DNA of 64,000 nt, from NCBI GenBank assembly GCA_000995965.1, contig LBYD01000001.1, forward strand, positions 140,923 through 204,922. The letters run 5' to 3'. Below are positions 28,842 to 37,832 of the stretch, one piece after another. The notes beneath the pieces are model-generated. The model saw only the letters and a list, made by a program, of their open reading frames with translations. It was not told the DNA's origin and ran no database searches. Origin of the DNA: Candidatus Moranbacteria bacterium GW2011_GWC2_40_12 (GTDB taxonomy: Bacteria; Patescibacteriota; Minisyncoccia; Moranbacterales; UBA11712). The translations under genes and the position numbers were made by a program. Numbering within the stretch: position 1 is the stretch's first letter; each line of letters starts with the position of its first letter.

Positions 28842-28871
28842 GTAACTGGTAATTTGTAACTGGTAATTTGG
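28842..28871. repeat. Tandem direct repeat, 2 copies of TGTAACTGGTAATTT, directly upstream of the PfkB kinase start
   Basis: tgtaactggtaatttgtaactggtaattt seen within 40 nt of the 28834 start codon. Followed at about 28888-28915 by a GC-rich palindrome GCCCGCCGGCGGGC. Confidence 0.5.
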
Positions 28872-28958
28872 ATTTCTTATCCGATTTACGGCGTGCCTGC
28901 CCGCCGGCGGGCGCGGCGCGCGAAATTACAAATCACGATTCACGCTAATATTTTTTTA

Positions 28959-30497
28959 TTACAATAAACTCTTCAATTTCATCTCCTTTAGCTTGTTCGT
29001 CTCCATTATATCACAAATCGTCGGAGCGATATTTCCGAGCACTCCGCCAGGCGAGAGCTTCTTCCCCCGAAACCGGTCGGAGCAGAGTGCGAAAGGGACC
29101 GGATTTTTGGTGTGGAAAGTCATCGGGAGCCTGGCTTTCGCGTCCCACATGCAGTCGGCGTTCCCGTGGTCAGCCGTGATAACCAGATTTCCGCCGAGCT
29201 TTGCGAGCTCCTTATAGATTTTTGCGAGGGACTTGTCAATGGTTTCAACCGCTTTTATTGTTGCCTTTATGTTTCCCGTGTGGCCGACCATATCGGCGTT
29301 CGCGAAATTGAGCGCGGTGAAATCATATTTTCCTTTCTTCAACCCGTCCAGAACTTTCTGCGTGATTTCATTAGCCGACATTTGGGGGATCTTGGCGTAA
29401 TTATCTGTCACCGGCGACGGAACCATCAAGCGATCCTCACCATTGAGCGCGTCTGCGTAACCGCCGTTCAAGAAATAGGTGATATGGGCGAATTTCTCTT
29501 TTTCAGCTATGTATAATTGCGAAAATTCGGAAAGCGCCACGGGCAATGTTCCGTTCAGGGGGTGGTCCTGAAATGCGGTGTGCACCGGAAGATCCGGGCC
29601 GAAATTAGTCATCGCGACAAAGTACAGATTTTTGAGGCGCGGAGAAGGCAACTTTGTCTCTTTTGATTTTTCAAGCACGAACAGCTTCGCGAATTGGCGA
29701 GCGCGATCCGATCGCAGATTGAAAAATATCACAGAATCATTGTCTTTTATTTTGGCGATTGGCTTTCCATTTTCAGTTATCACTGAGGGCTTGATATATT
29801 CGTCGGTAATATTATTTTTATAATTTTCCCGGATCGCGTCTTCTGAATTTTTGAATTTTTTTCCTTTTCCATTGGCGAGAAGATCAAAGGCAATTTTGAG
29901 CCGGCTCCAGTTTTTGGCTCGGTCCATTGCGTAGAACCTTCCAACAATTGTCGCAATTTTTCCGACTCCAATGTCATAAATTTTCTTTTTCCATTCTTTT
30001 ATGTGCTCAAGAGCGCTTTTTGGATAAGAATCTCTTCCATCGGTAAAAAAATGCACATAAACATTCGAAATATTGTTTTTTTTGGCGAGAATAAAAAGGG
30101 CTTCCAAATGATATGGATTCATGTGAGGGCTGTCGATATTTCCCAAAAGGCCCATCAAATGAAGATCGGATTTGTTTTTTTTGGCGTGCGAAATCGCGCC
30201 AAGGAAGGCTGGATTATGAAAAAATGTTCCGGAATTGATGCTCTCGGAAATTTTTCTTGAATCTTGCTCAATGATCCGCCCCGCCCCGATATTCATGTGC
30301 CCCGTCTCTGATCCGCTCACCTGATGACTGTCAAGGCCCACGGCTTTTCCGTACGCCGCGAGTTCTGTGAAAGGGTATTTTTTTGTGAGAGTGTCGAAAA
30401 CCGGCGTTTTGGCAAGCCAAATCGCGTTGGTTTCGTCTTTGGGGCCGATTCCCCAGCCGTCGAGAATGGCGAGAATTGTGGGGTTATTCAATTTCAT
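28959..30497 (-). CDS. gpmI: 2,3-bisphosphoglycerate-independent phosphoglycerate mutase
   Basis: ILDGWGIG N-terminus and a metal-dependent alkaline-phosphatase-like core. Start at ATG (MKLNNP), which overlaps the last 14 nt of eno. Confidence 0.9.
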   Translation of the reverse strand: MKLNNPTILAILDGWGIGPKDETNAIWLAKTPVFDTLTKKYPFTELAAYGKAVGLDSHQVSGSETGHMNIGAGRIIEQDSRKISESINSGTFFHNPAFLGAISHAKKNKSDLHLMGLLGNIDSPHMNPYHLEALFILAKKNNISNVYVHFFTDGRDSYPKSALEHIKEWKKKIYDIGVGKIATIVGRFYAMDRAKNWSRLKIAFDLLANGKGKKFKNSEDAIRENYKNNITDEYIKPSVITENGKPIAKIKDNDSVIFFNLRSDRARQFAKLFVLEKSKETKLPSPRLKNLYFVAMTNFGPDLPVHTAFQDHPLNGTLPVALSEFSQLYIAEKEKFAHITYFLNGGYADALNGEDRLMVPSPVTDNYAKIPQMSANEITQKVLDGLKKGKYDFTALNFANADMVGHTGNIKATIKAVETIDKSLAKIYKELAKLGGNLVITADHGNADCMWDAKARLPMTFHTKNPVPFALCSDRFRGKKLSPGGVLGNIAPTICDIMETNKLKEMKLKSLL

Positions 30498-31737
30498 TTT
30501 CAATTTCCAAAAGCCGGTTATATTTCGCGGTTCTTTCTCCGCGGCAGGGGGCGCCGAATTTGACGAATTCCGCGCCGGCAGCGACAGCGAGATCAGCGAT
30601 GAAATCATCCTCGGTTTCACCGCTCCGGTGAGAAACAACTATTTTGAGGTTGTTTTCCTGGCATTTTTTTATAAATTTGACTGTTTCTGAAAGTGTCCCA
30701 ATCTGATTTGGTTTTACGATTGCGGCATTCACAGCCGAAAAAGAAAGGGCCTTTTCGAGCCGGCCTAGGTTTGTTGCGAGCAGGTCATCTCCAATATTTA
30801 GAATGCGGTCCCCCATTTTTTCGTTCATTGCCTTCCAGTTTGCAAAATCATCTTCCGCAAGGCCGTCTTCGATGGAAAATAATTTATATGTCTTCTTCCA
30901 TTCCTGATACATCGCAACAAGGCGTTCCGGCTCAAGCGATGTATTTTCGGGTTTCAAGGTGTAAATCGACTGTTCGCTGTCAAAAAAATTCGCCGCAGCC
31001 GCGTCAATGCCGATCGAAACCATTCCACTGAAATTATAACCTGACTCTTCGATTGCTTTCTCAATATAATCAAGGGCTTCAATATTGCTCTCAAATTTCG
31101 GAGCAAAGCCGCCTTCATCGCCTATGCCAGCTGGAAATCCAGCGCCAGCCAGCATTTCTTTCAGTTTATGATAAATTTCGCTTGCCACACGAACTTTTTC
31201 AGCAAAATTCTTGAACTCACGAGGAATCACCTGAAATTCCTGGATGGACAGTCCCGAATCTGAATGGGCTCCCCCATTCAGGATATTGAAAAACGCCGTA
31301 GGTATTTTTTTCGGCTTTATAAAATGAAATATATTAGCAAGATATTTATAGAGCGAAATATTTTGAGATTTTGCCGCGCATCTTGCCGAGGCAAGAGAAA
31401 CAGCCAAAATGGCATTGGCCCCCAAGTTTGCCTTGTTTTCCGTTCCGTCGAGCGCAATGAGAGTTTCATCAATTTTTTTCTGGTCGGCAATATCAAATCC
31501 AACGATCTTTTTAGAAATAGTCTCGTTGATATTTTTGCAGGCATTCAAAACCCCCATTCCATTGTAGCGCGCATCGCCATCTCGCAATTCCAGCGCTTCG
31601 TATTTTCCCGTCGAGGCGCCTGATGGAACGGCGGCCGAACCGGATACTCCGTTTTCCAGTTTCACGGTTGCTTTCACTGTTGGATTCCCGCGTGAATCGA
31701 GAATTTCAAGGGCGGATATTTTTGTTATTTTTGGCAT
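30484..31737 (-). CDS. eno: Enolase
   Basis: MPKITKISALEILDSRGNPTV N-terminus and the full enolase signature. 417 aa. Confidence 0.95.
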   Translation of the reverse strand: MPKITKISALEILDSRGNPTVKATVKLENGVSGSAAVPSGASTGKYEALELRDGDARYNGMGVLNACKNINETISKKIVGFDIADQKKIDETLIALDGTENKANLGANAILAVSLASARCAAKSQNISLYKYLANIFHFIKPKKIPTAFFNILNGGAHSDSGLSIQEFQVIPREFKNFAEKVRVASEIYHKLKEMLAGAGFPAGIGDEGGFAPKFESNIEALDYIEKAIEESGYNFSGMVSIGIDAAAANFFDSEQSIYTLKPENTSLEPERLVAMYQEWKKTYKLFSIEDGLAEDDFANWKAMNEKMGDRILNIGDDLLATNLGRLEKALSFSAVNAAIVKPNQIGTLSETVKFIKKCQENNLKIVVSHRSGETEDDFIADLAVAAGAEFVKFGAPCRGERTAKYNRLLEIENEIE

Positions 31738-31742
31738 AAATT

Positions 31743-31868
31743 ATGAAGAATGTTGAATTCGGAATTGAATTGTGAATGGGAATGCGGAATAAAGAATTCA
31801 AAATTCAATATTCTTGATTCCTATTCTCAATTCTAAATTCACAATTCTCAATTCTTATTACAAAAAAT
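31743..31868. repeat. GAAT/ATTC-rich imperfect palindrome between eno and pgk
   Basis: Left arm gaattcggaattgaattgtgaatgggaatgcggaat; right arm attcctattctcaattctaaattcacaattctcaattc. Same construction as the element at 20819-20912. Confidence 0.5.
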
Positions 31869-31872
31869 AAAA

Positions 31873-32916
31873 TTATTGGCTGTCTTCGAGGGCTTTTATT
31901 CCAGGCAAAACTTTTCCAGACAGGAATTCAAGCATGGCGCCGCCGCCTGAAGAAATAAAGTCGAACTTCCCGGCGCCCTTTTTGGAATTGATATATTCAG
32001 CCGATTCGCCGCCGCCGGCAATTTTCCACGCATCCGAGGAAACTATCGCTTCATATACCCTATCAGTTCCCTCCCGATAGGTCTCATCTTCAAATTTGCC
32101 CATCGGTCCGTTCCAAACAACGAACGAGGCAGCCGAAATCGCCAGAATGTATTTTTGAATTGTTTTTGGTCCGATATCAAAATTATCATCGGCAAAATCT
32201 TCCGGCAAAACAACATTTTGAGGAAATTTCATGTTTTTTTCTTTTGCTTCAACCGAAATTCTTCCGCCTAAGAGAACCACGTCATATATTTTTGCAAGAT
32301 TTTCAATGACCGGCAATTTTGTTTCAAGCTTTGCTCCTCCGATAATAGCCATCGATGGCCTCTTGGCAGGTTTCAGCGCCTTTGAAAGCTCTTCTATCTC
32401 TTTTTGCATCAAAAAACCGGCGCACGACGGCTTCCAGCGCGGGATTTGGGCAATCGTCGCGTGAGCGCGATGAGAAGCGCTGAAGGCGTCGTTTACATAC
32501 GCGCCGAAGTGATGGCAAATATCAATAGAAAACTTTTCATCGTTCGCCTCTTCCTCCGGATAAAAACGGATATTTTCCGCGAGAGCGATTTCACCGTCAG
32601 AAAGATTCCTGATAGCTGTGTCTCCTTCGGAGCTTTTTATGTCTGCGATAAACTTCACCTCTTTCTTTAGAAGTGTTGAAAGCATTTCTGAAACTGGTTT
32701 CAATGAGAATTCTGGAGCAATTTTTCCGTCCGGACGGCCCAGATGCGAAATTACGACAATCTTTGACCTGGATTGATTTAGGATATATTCAAGCGTTGGA
32801 AGCGCGAGCCTTATTCGAAAATCATCCTTGATATCCCCGTTTTCAATAGGCACGTTGAAGTCGGCTCTGACAAGGACGCGCTTATATTTGAAATCGAGGT
32901 CTTTTAAATGTTTCAT
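31873..32916 (-). CDS. pgk: Phosphoglycerate kinase (compact, 347 aa)
   Basis: RADFNVP, SHLGRP and GGGA...GG motifs. Confidence 0.9.
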   Translation of the reverse strand: MKHLKDLDFKYKRVLVRADFNVPIENGDIKDDFRIRLALPTLEYILNQSRSKIVVISHLGRPDGKIAPEFSLKPVSEMLSTLLKKEVKFIADIKSSEGDTAIRNLSDGEIALAENIRFYPEEEANDEKFSIDICHHFGAYVNDAFSASHRAHATIAQIPRWKPSCAGFLMQKEIEELSKALKPAKRPSMAIIGGAKLETKLPVIENLAKIYDVVLLGGRISVEAKEKNMKFPQNVVLPEDFADDNFDIGPKTIQKYILAISAASFVVWNGPMGKFEDETYREGTDRVYEAIVSSDAWKIAGGGESAEYINSKKGAGKFDFISSGGGAMLEFLSGKVLPGIKALEDSQ

Positions 32917-33034
32917 AAATAATACAAAGTGTAAAATTCAAGACTTATTTAATCCTAAAATAATTTTATAATTCGATTAATTTAACATTTTTAACTGTCA
33001 TTTTGCATTTTGATGTTTGAATTTTGAATTATCG

Positions 33035-34120
33035 TCACCCCATTCCTAAAATCCCGATAATCAGGCCGATTCCAGCGGCTACTCCCGTCAAAATCCAGGC
33101 CCGCATCGTAACTTTTGTTTCTGGCCATCCAATTGCTTCAAAATGGTGGTGTATCGGCGTAGATAAAAAAACCTTGCGATGAAAAAATCTTTTGGATGAT
33201 AACTGAATGATAACAGATCCCGCTTCAATCACGAAAACCAAGCAAACCAGCGGAAGAATCAGCACTGAATTGGTCAGCATGGCGATCACCGCCAAAGTGG
33301 CTCCCAGCGATACGGCGCCGGTATCGCCCATAAAAAATCTGGCCGGATAGATATTGAACCACAAAAATGCCAGGAGCGCGCCGCAGATCGCGGCGCAAAA
33401 CGCAGCCAGGTTTATCTTGTTTTGCGCAAAGGCGATAACACCGAAGGATGCGAAGGCTATCAGAAGAATCCCTCCGTTCAATCCATCCAATCCGTCGGTG
33501 ATATTTGACGAAAAAGCTGTTGCCAGCACCACAAATGTAAAAAATGGTATATACCACCAGCCTATTTCAAAATCTCCAAGTCCGGAAACATGAATAGAAT
33601 GGAAATCGAGCTTGTAATAGAACCAGAGTGATCCTGCGACGGCGATAATTACCAGCCATCCGAATCGATAGAGGAATCGAATGCCGCCTCCCTTATTTGT
33701 TCCCCATCCGCGGACGCTGAATACGTCATCAAATGCCCCCACTATTGCCGCGGATATTAATACAAAAAAAGGAAGCCATGTCTGAGAACGACTAAAAAAA
33801 TCAAGGCGCGTGATGAGTTTGGCACTGAAAAACGGAGTGACAACATACATGAAAACAGCCAGGAACAGCACTGTGATCCAAACAAGCGCTCCCCCCATGG
33901 ACGGAGTGCCACTTTTGTTTTTGTGAAGATTGTGATAAATCGGGGCCTTTTTTCCATCGACGGAAGTTTCCTTTATTTTCACGCCGATTTTATACTTGTA
34001 AAGAAATTTGGTGAGAAGCGGAGTCCAAAGCATCGCCAATACGAAAGCCGCCGTTCCCAAAATCCATATTTTGAGGACGGCCATTGCGGCGGGGATGGTT
34101 GTTACATCGGCAAATTTCAT
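33035..34120 (-). CDS. mraY: Phospho-N-acetylmuramoyl-pentapeptide transferase
   Basis: PIHHHFE, NITDGLDGL and MGDTGA motifs with 10 TM helices. Start at the internal ATG (MKFADV). Confidence 0.9.
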   Translation of the reverse strand: MKFADVTTIPAAMAVLKIWILGTAAFVLAMLWTPLLTKFLYKYKIGVKIKETSVDGKKAPIYHNLHKNKSGTPSMGGALVWITVLFLAVFMYVVTPFFSAKLITRLDFFSRSQTWLPFFVLISAAIVGAFDDVFSVRGWGTNKGGGIRFLYRFGWLVIIAVAGSLWFYYKLDFHSIHVSGLGDFEIGWWYIPFFTFVVLATAFSSNITDGLDGLNGGILLIAFASFGVIAFAQNKINLAAFCAAICGALLAFLWFNIYPARFFMGDTGAVSLGATLAVIAMLTNSVLILPLVCLVFVIEAGSVIIQLSSKRFFHRKVFLSTPIHHHFEAIGWPETKVTMRAWILTGVAAGIGLIIGILGMG

Positions 34121-34121
34121 A

Positions 34122-35156
34122 TTATTTCCATTCAAAATTATCAAATGTCCAGCTGATAAGTCCCGCCATATCTTCCCAACGGTTGTTGTCATTCAGGATC
34201 ACGGCAATAATCTTGTGTTTTCCTGTTTGCGGATCGACTGCCGCCATCATAAGCGATTTTCCCGCATTGTAGGTGAAGCCTGTCTTGCCTCCAATGCAGT
34301 TTGGCATTTGGCCAATCAGAAGGTCCGTATTCTTCAAAATATGGAAATATTTTCCATCACAGGAGCCGATTTCGGCTTCGGGCATTTTCATTATCTTCCA
34401 GATCAGGTCATATTGCATTGAATAAGCCGTGATTCGGGCAAGGTCATAGGCAGAAGAATAACAATCATCCTCATCAAGCCCGGATGGATTGCAGAATTTC
34501 GAATCTCCGAGATTCAAATCTTTTGCTTTCTTATTCATAAGCTCGGCGAAATTCTTCTGTGATCCGGAAATATGTTTTCCCAGGGCAACGGCGGCATCGT
34601 TCGCGCTGTTGAGAAGCATCGCCATTAGCAGGTCTTTTGCGGTCACTTTTTCTCCCTCATGGAGCCTTTCATTCACGCAATATCCGCTCCGGGGACAGCC
34701 GACCTTTGTTCCTTCAGTCAGGAGGGCTTCCTCGTCAATCGTCACAGGCTCATCCAGATTTTTTACTTCTTCCATCACAATTATGGCAGTCATCATTTTT
34801 GTAAGCGAAGCGATTGGTATTTTTCCGCGCCCATTGTCATAATGAAGAATTGTCCCGCTATCAACATCAATTACAACAGAAGAAGTGGCGAATATTTTTG
34901 TGTTCCGGAATTCTTTTTTTCTTTGCGGAACCAGCCCTGATCCGCCATAATTTTCATTTTTGGCAATATCAGAGCTTTTCAAGCTGCCCTTCAGGCTGTC
35001 ACCTTCCGCAGAAGAAGACGGCATATCTCCTTTGTGATCGGTGACTCCTTCGACAACCTGGCTGCTGGAACCCTTTTTCTGAGGGCTGGCAGCGGGAAGA
35101 AAAAAATACTGGAAAGGCAGAAAAAATATTAATAATAGAATTGAAATGGTAGTCAT
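34122..35156 (-). CDS. D-alanyl-D-alanine carboxypeptidase (peptidase S11, PBP5/6-like)
   Basis: N-terminal signal/TM. SxxK (ASLTKMM), SxN (NSAND) and KTG (KTGFT) motifs. Confidence 0.85.
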   Translation of the reverse strand: MTTISILLLIFFLPFQYFFLPAASPQKKGSSSQVVEGVTDHKGDMPSSSAEGDSLKGSLKSSDIAKNENYGGSGLVPQRKKEFRNTKIFATSSVVIDVDSGTILHYDNGRGKIPIASLTKMMTAIIVMEEVKNLDEPVTIDEEALLTEGTKVGCPRSGYCVNERLHEGEKVTAKDLLMAMLLNSANDAAVALGKHISGSQKNFAELMNKKAKDLNLGDSKFCNPSGLDEDDCYSSAYDLARITAYSMQYDLIWKIMKMPEAEIGSCDGKYFHILKNTDLLIGQMPNCIGGKTGFTYNAGKSLMMAAVDPQTGKHKIIAVILNDNNRWEDMAGLISWTFDNFEWK

Positions 35157-35159
35157 ATT

Positions 35160-35714
35160 TTATTGGGCTTCCTCATCCAGCGTAAGAAGCGTTGCTACTT
35201 TATCATTTTTGGAAAGGGTTTCCCAGTCGGGAAGCTCACTTATTTTTTGAATTCCAAGATATTTCAGAAAATCAAAGGATATTTCATAAAGATATCCGCG
35301 AATATCCGAAGTCTCCCTCCTCCCAACCAACCCGCGCATCAAAAGGCTTCGCAAGACATAACTCGAATTGGCACCCCTGATCGCGTCAATTTGGATTCTC
35401 GTAATCGGTCCTCGGTAAGCGATGATGGACAGTGTTTCCATGGCCGATTTTGAAATATCAGCGCTTAGCTCCCCGCTGACAAGTTGGTTCACGAACTTTG
35501 AATTTTCAGGATTGCTTGCCAATTGGTACGAATCATTTCCGGAAAGAATTCTTAGGCCGCGAGCATCCCGGTATTCGTTTTCAAGCTTCGCCATGGCCTC
35601 CTTAACCTCATTCTTAGGAATTCCGCAGATTTTGGCAAGTTTTTGAGCTCCAATCGGTTCGCCGGAGACGAAAAGAAGGCTCTCAAGGATTGATTTTAGC
35701 TTATTTTCTTCCAT
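35160..35714 (-). CDS. scpB: Segregation and condensation protein B
   Basis: LESLLFVSGEP...IAYRGPITR...IRG...SYVLRSL winged-helix pair. Confidence 0.85.
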   Translation of the reverse strand: MEENKLKSILESLLFVSGEPIGAQKLAKICGIPKNEVKEAMAKLENEYRDARGLRILSGNDSYQLASNPENSKFVNQLVSGELSADISKSAMETLSIIAYRGPITRIQIDAIRGANSSYVLRSLLMRGLVGRRETSDIRGYLYEISFDFLKYLGIQKISELPDWETLSKNDKVATLLTLDEEAQ

Positions 35715-35742
35715 TTTTTTTATTTAATTATTCTTCCAGATC

Positions 35743-36474
35743 TCAAGAATCAGGAATCTCATGCTTTCTTATCCTTATTTCTTCGAATAATTCGCTTTGC
35801 TCAACGGAAACAATTCTTTGTTTCACAAGCTCGAGTAGCGCCAAAAAACTCACAATCACTTCTATATTGTTCTTTGCGGAACTTTTGAGCTGTGAAAAAC
35901 CCATCTCAACTCTCGTTTCGAGATTTTTTTGAAGTTCGCTGATTTTTTCTTCCAGAGTTATTATATCACGAATTGCCTCTTCAGGAACCTTTTCCGGAAG
36001 GACAATTTGGTCAATTATTTTTTGGAATTGTTTTTTGAGATCAAAAGAGTTGAGATTTTTTGGCGGAGCAAACACAATCGCTGATCCCAAGAGATAATCC
36101 CTGGAAAACATAATTTTTTTTCCAAAGAGCAGGCTTAATTTCGCCGAAGCTTCTTTATACTTTTTGTATTCTTTGAGCTGCTCCTCAAGATCCTTTATTT
36201 CATTTTCTTCTTCGGGTGTCACTTCTAGCGTCGGCAGGATGCTTCTCGACTTGATGAGAATTATCTTTGAAGCGATATTCACGAATTCTGCCAAGTTCTC
36301 AAGACTGATACCTTGCTCGTCCCGGACATATTGAAGATAATCATCGGCGACTTTGGCTATGGAAATCTGCGCGATATCAAGTTTCTGTTCCTCGATGAGC
36401 TCGAGGAGCAAATCCAAAGGACCTTCAAATTTTGGAATTTTCACGTTATACATAATAACAATAAACTCTTTCAC
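35743..36474 (-). CDS. scpA: Segregation and condensation protein A
   Basis: FEGPLDLLLELIEEQKLDI N-terminal signature. Confidence 0.85.
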   Translation of the reverse strand: MKEFIVIMYNVKIPKFEGPLDLLLELIEEQKLDIAQISIAKVADDYLQYVRDEQGISLENLAEFVNIASKIILIKSRSILPTLEVTPEEENEIKDLEEQLKEYKKYKEASAKLSLLFGKKIMFSRDYLLGSAIVFAPPKNLNSFDLKKQFQKIIDQIVLPEKVPEEAIRDIITLEEKISELQKNLETRVEMGFSQLKSSAKNNIEVIVSFLALLELVKQRIVSVEQSELFEEIRIRKHEIPDS

Positions 36475-36639
36475 ACATCCTCGCTATTTCATGATTCAAA
36501 GAGAAATCCTCATTCATAATAGCACTTTTTCCCGTCTTTGGAAACAAAAAAAGCCCCAAAAACAAAGGCGCGTATTTCCATCATCCCAGATCCCCCTTTT
36601 TTTCACTTTCCTGCTGTTGCTATCATTCAGAAAAATAAT

Positions 36640-36660
36640 ACGGCCGTTGGAAAATGCTAA
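36640..36660. repeat. Left copy of a 21-nt direct repeat ACGGCCGT-tgg-AAAATGCTAA
   Basis: Contains the 8-nt palindrome ACGGCCGT. Overlaps the stop of the PaaX-like gene. Partner copy at 37243-37263 (18/21 identical). Confidence 0.6.
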
Positions 36661-37220
36661 TTTTGGCTTTTTAGGAAATGGTTTTTGAGAGAGGATTCGT
36701 TGTCCACCTTTTCGGCTGTGATAATCCGCACATACGCTTGGGCCGAATATATTTCAACCAGTTCCGAAATCGGCTTTTCGAAAGGATATGGAGAAATGAA
36801 AACGCTGTGCTGGAGCTTCAGGAATTTGAGTTTGCGCAAATGCTCGCGCAAAATATCGCGGAAAAGGCGGTCTTTTTCCGGAATATCAAAAAGGACGACT
36901 CTCTATTTGCCGTCCCAGCGCTTTGGTTTTTTGAAATTTATCGAATTTCCCAAAAGATCAAGGATTCTTGCTTCGCGCTTTCCTCTCGCAGTGAGAATCA
37001 GCTTGAATGATCCGTCCGGGAGACTCTTTTCTTCGAGCAGTTTTTCTTTTGCCAGACGCCGCATTGACCGGGTGAAGGCCTGCTGGTTGATTTTTCTCCA
37101 TTCGCTTTTGATAAGGCGGGGGTTTTTGTAGTATTGGCGGGGATCCCGGGAATGCCCCAGGGCGACGCCTCCCAAAAGCGCCAGAAGAATCTTTCTTTTT
37201 ACCGACCCTATTTTATACAT
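36657..37220 (-). pseudogene. PaaX-like transcriptional regulator interrupted by a single in-frame TAG (ORF 36903-37220 plus ORF 36657-36851, same frame)
   Basis: The two ORFs share a frame (both coordinates are 0 mod 3). Read through the TAG: ...FKKPKRWDGK*RVVLFDIPEKDRLFRDILREHLRKLKFLKLQHSVFISPYP. This is a PaaX C-terminal-like motif; as I recall it, the TAG sits where homologues carry Trp (TGG). TAG is used as an ordinary stop elsewhere in the window (for example lepA). Confidence 0.6.
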
Positions 37221-37242
37221 AAATATATTTCAGCATTTTCCC

Positions 37243-37263
37243 ACGGCCGTATCAAAATGCTAA
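37243..37263. repeat. Right copy of the 21-nt direct repeat ACGGCCGT-atc-AAAATGCTAA
   Basis: Lies between the PaaX-like start (37220) and the cupin stop (37296). Embedded in a larger palindrome GCATTTTcccACGGCCGTatcAAAATGC. Confidence 0.6.
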
Positions 37264-37295
37264 CACTACCCTAATTGAATGTCAGGGTGTATTAT

Positions 37296-37562
37296 TCAGC
37301 CGAATTTATATTTCTTTTTGATAGGAGCAGTGACGCGCCAGGTGCATTCAGGGCCTGGCGAGAAAACAACCCAGTCGCCGGCGGAAAATGCCGCTGATTC
37401 GCTCCCGTCATTTACGCTGACAGTCGCCTCGCCCTCGAGAATGAAGCAAGTTTCCTGCGCGTCGTATTTCCAGGGAAATTCGGAGACTTCTTTTTCCCAA
37501 ATTGGCCAACTTTCGGCCAGTTTCTTTTCTTCCTCCGTCGGTTTTCGGACTTCAATTTTCAT
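37296..37562 (-). CDS. Cupin domain protein (cupin_3/DUF861-like, 88 aa)
   Basis: Small beta-barrel pattern (CFILEGEATVSVNDGS...AGDWVVFSPG). Confidence 0.65.
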   Translation of the reverse strand: MKIEVRKPTEEEKKLAESWPIWEKEVSEFPWKYDAQETCFILEGEATVSVNDGSESAAFSAGDWVVFSPGPECTWRVTAPIKKKYKFG

Positions 37563-37781
37563 AATATATCGATTAGTATTTATTTCCCCTGCCGGTGTTA
37601 CGTAGCTTGCTACGTAATCATTTTATCCCCGAAATTTCAAACCCGAAAGCGGTTGTTTTTTGAATCCCAGGCTGTTTTCCTAATATAAAGTGTTAGCGGG
37701 GAGTTAAATACGTATTTTATTCCTTAAGTTAAGCTTTAGGAATGGCTATTGTTTGTTTTCATTTTATTGGAATTACCTTTG

Positions 37782-37803
37782 CGAAAAATCACATTCGAAG
37801 TGA
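37782..37803 (-). terminator. Rho-independent terminator candidate after the MFS transporter gene
   Basis: On the minus strand, ATCAC-(7 nt)-GUGAU hairpin followed by UUUUUCGC. Confidence 0.4.
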
Positions 37804-37832
37804 TCATATCTCTGATTGGCCCGTTCTTTTTC

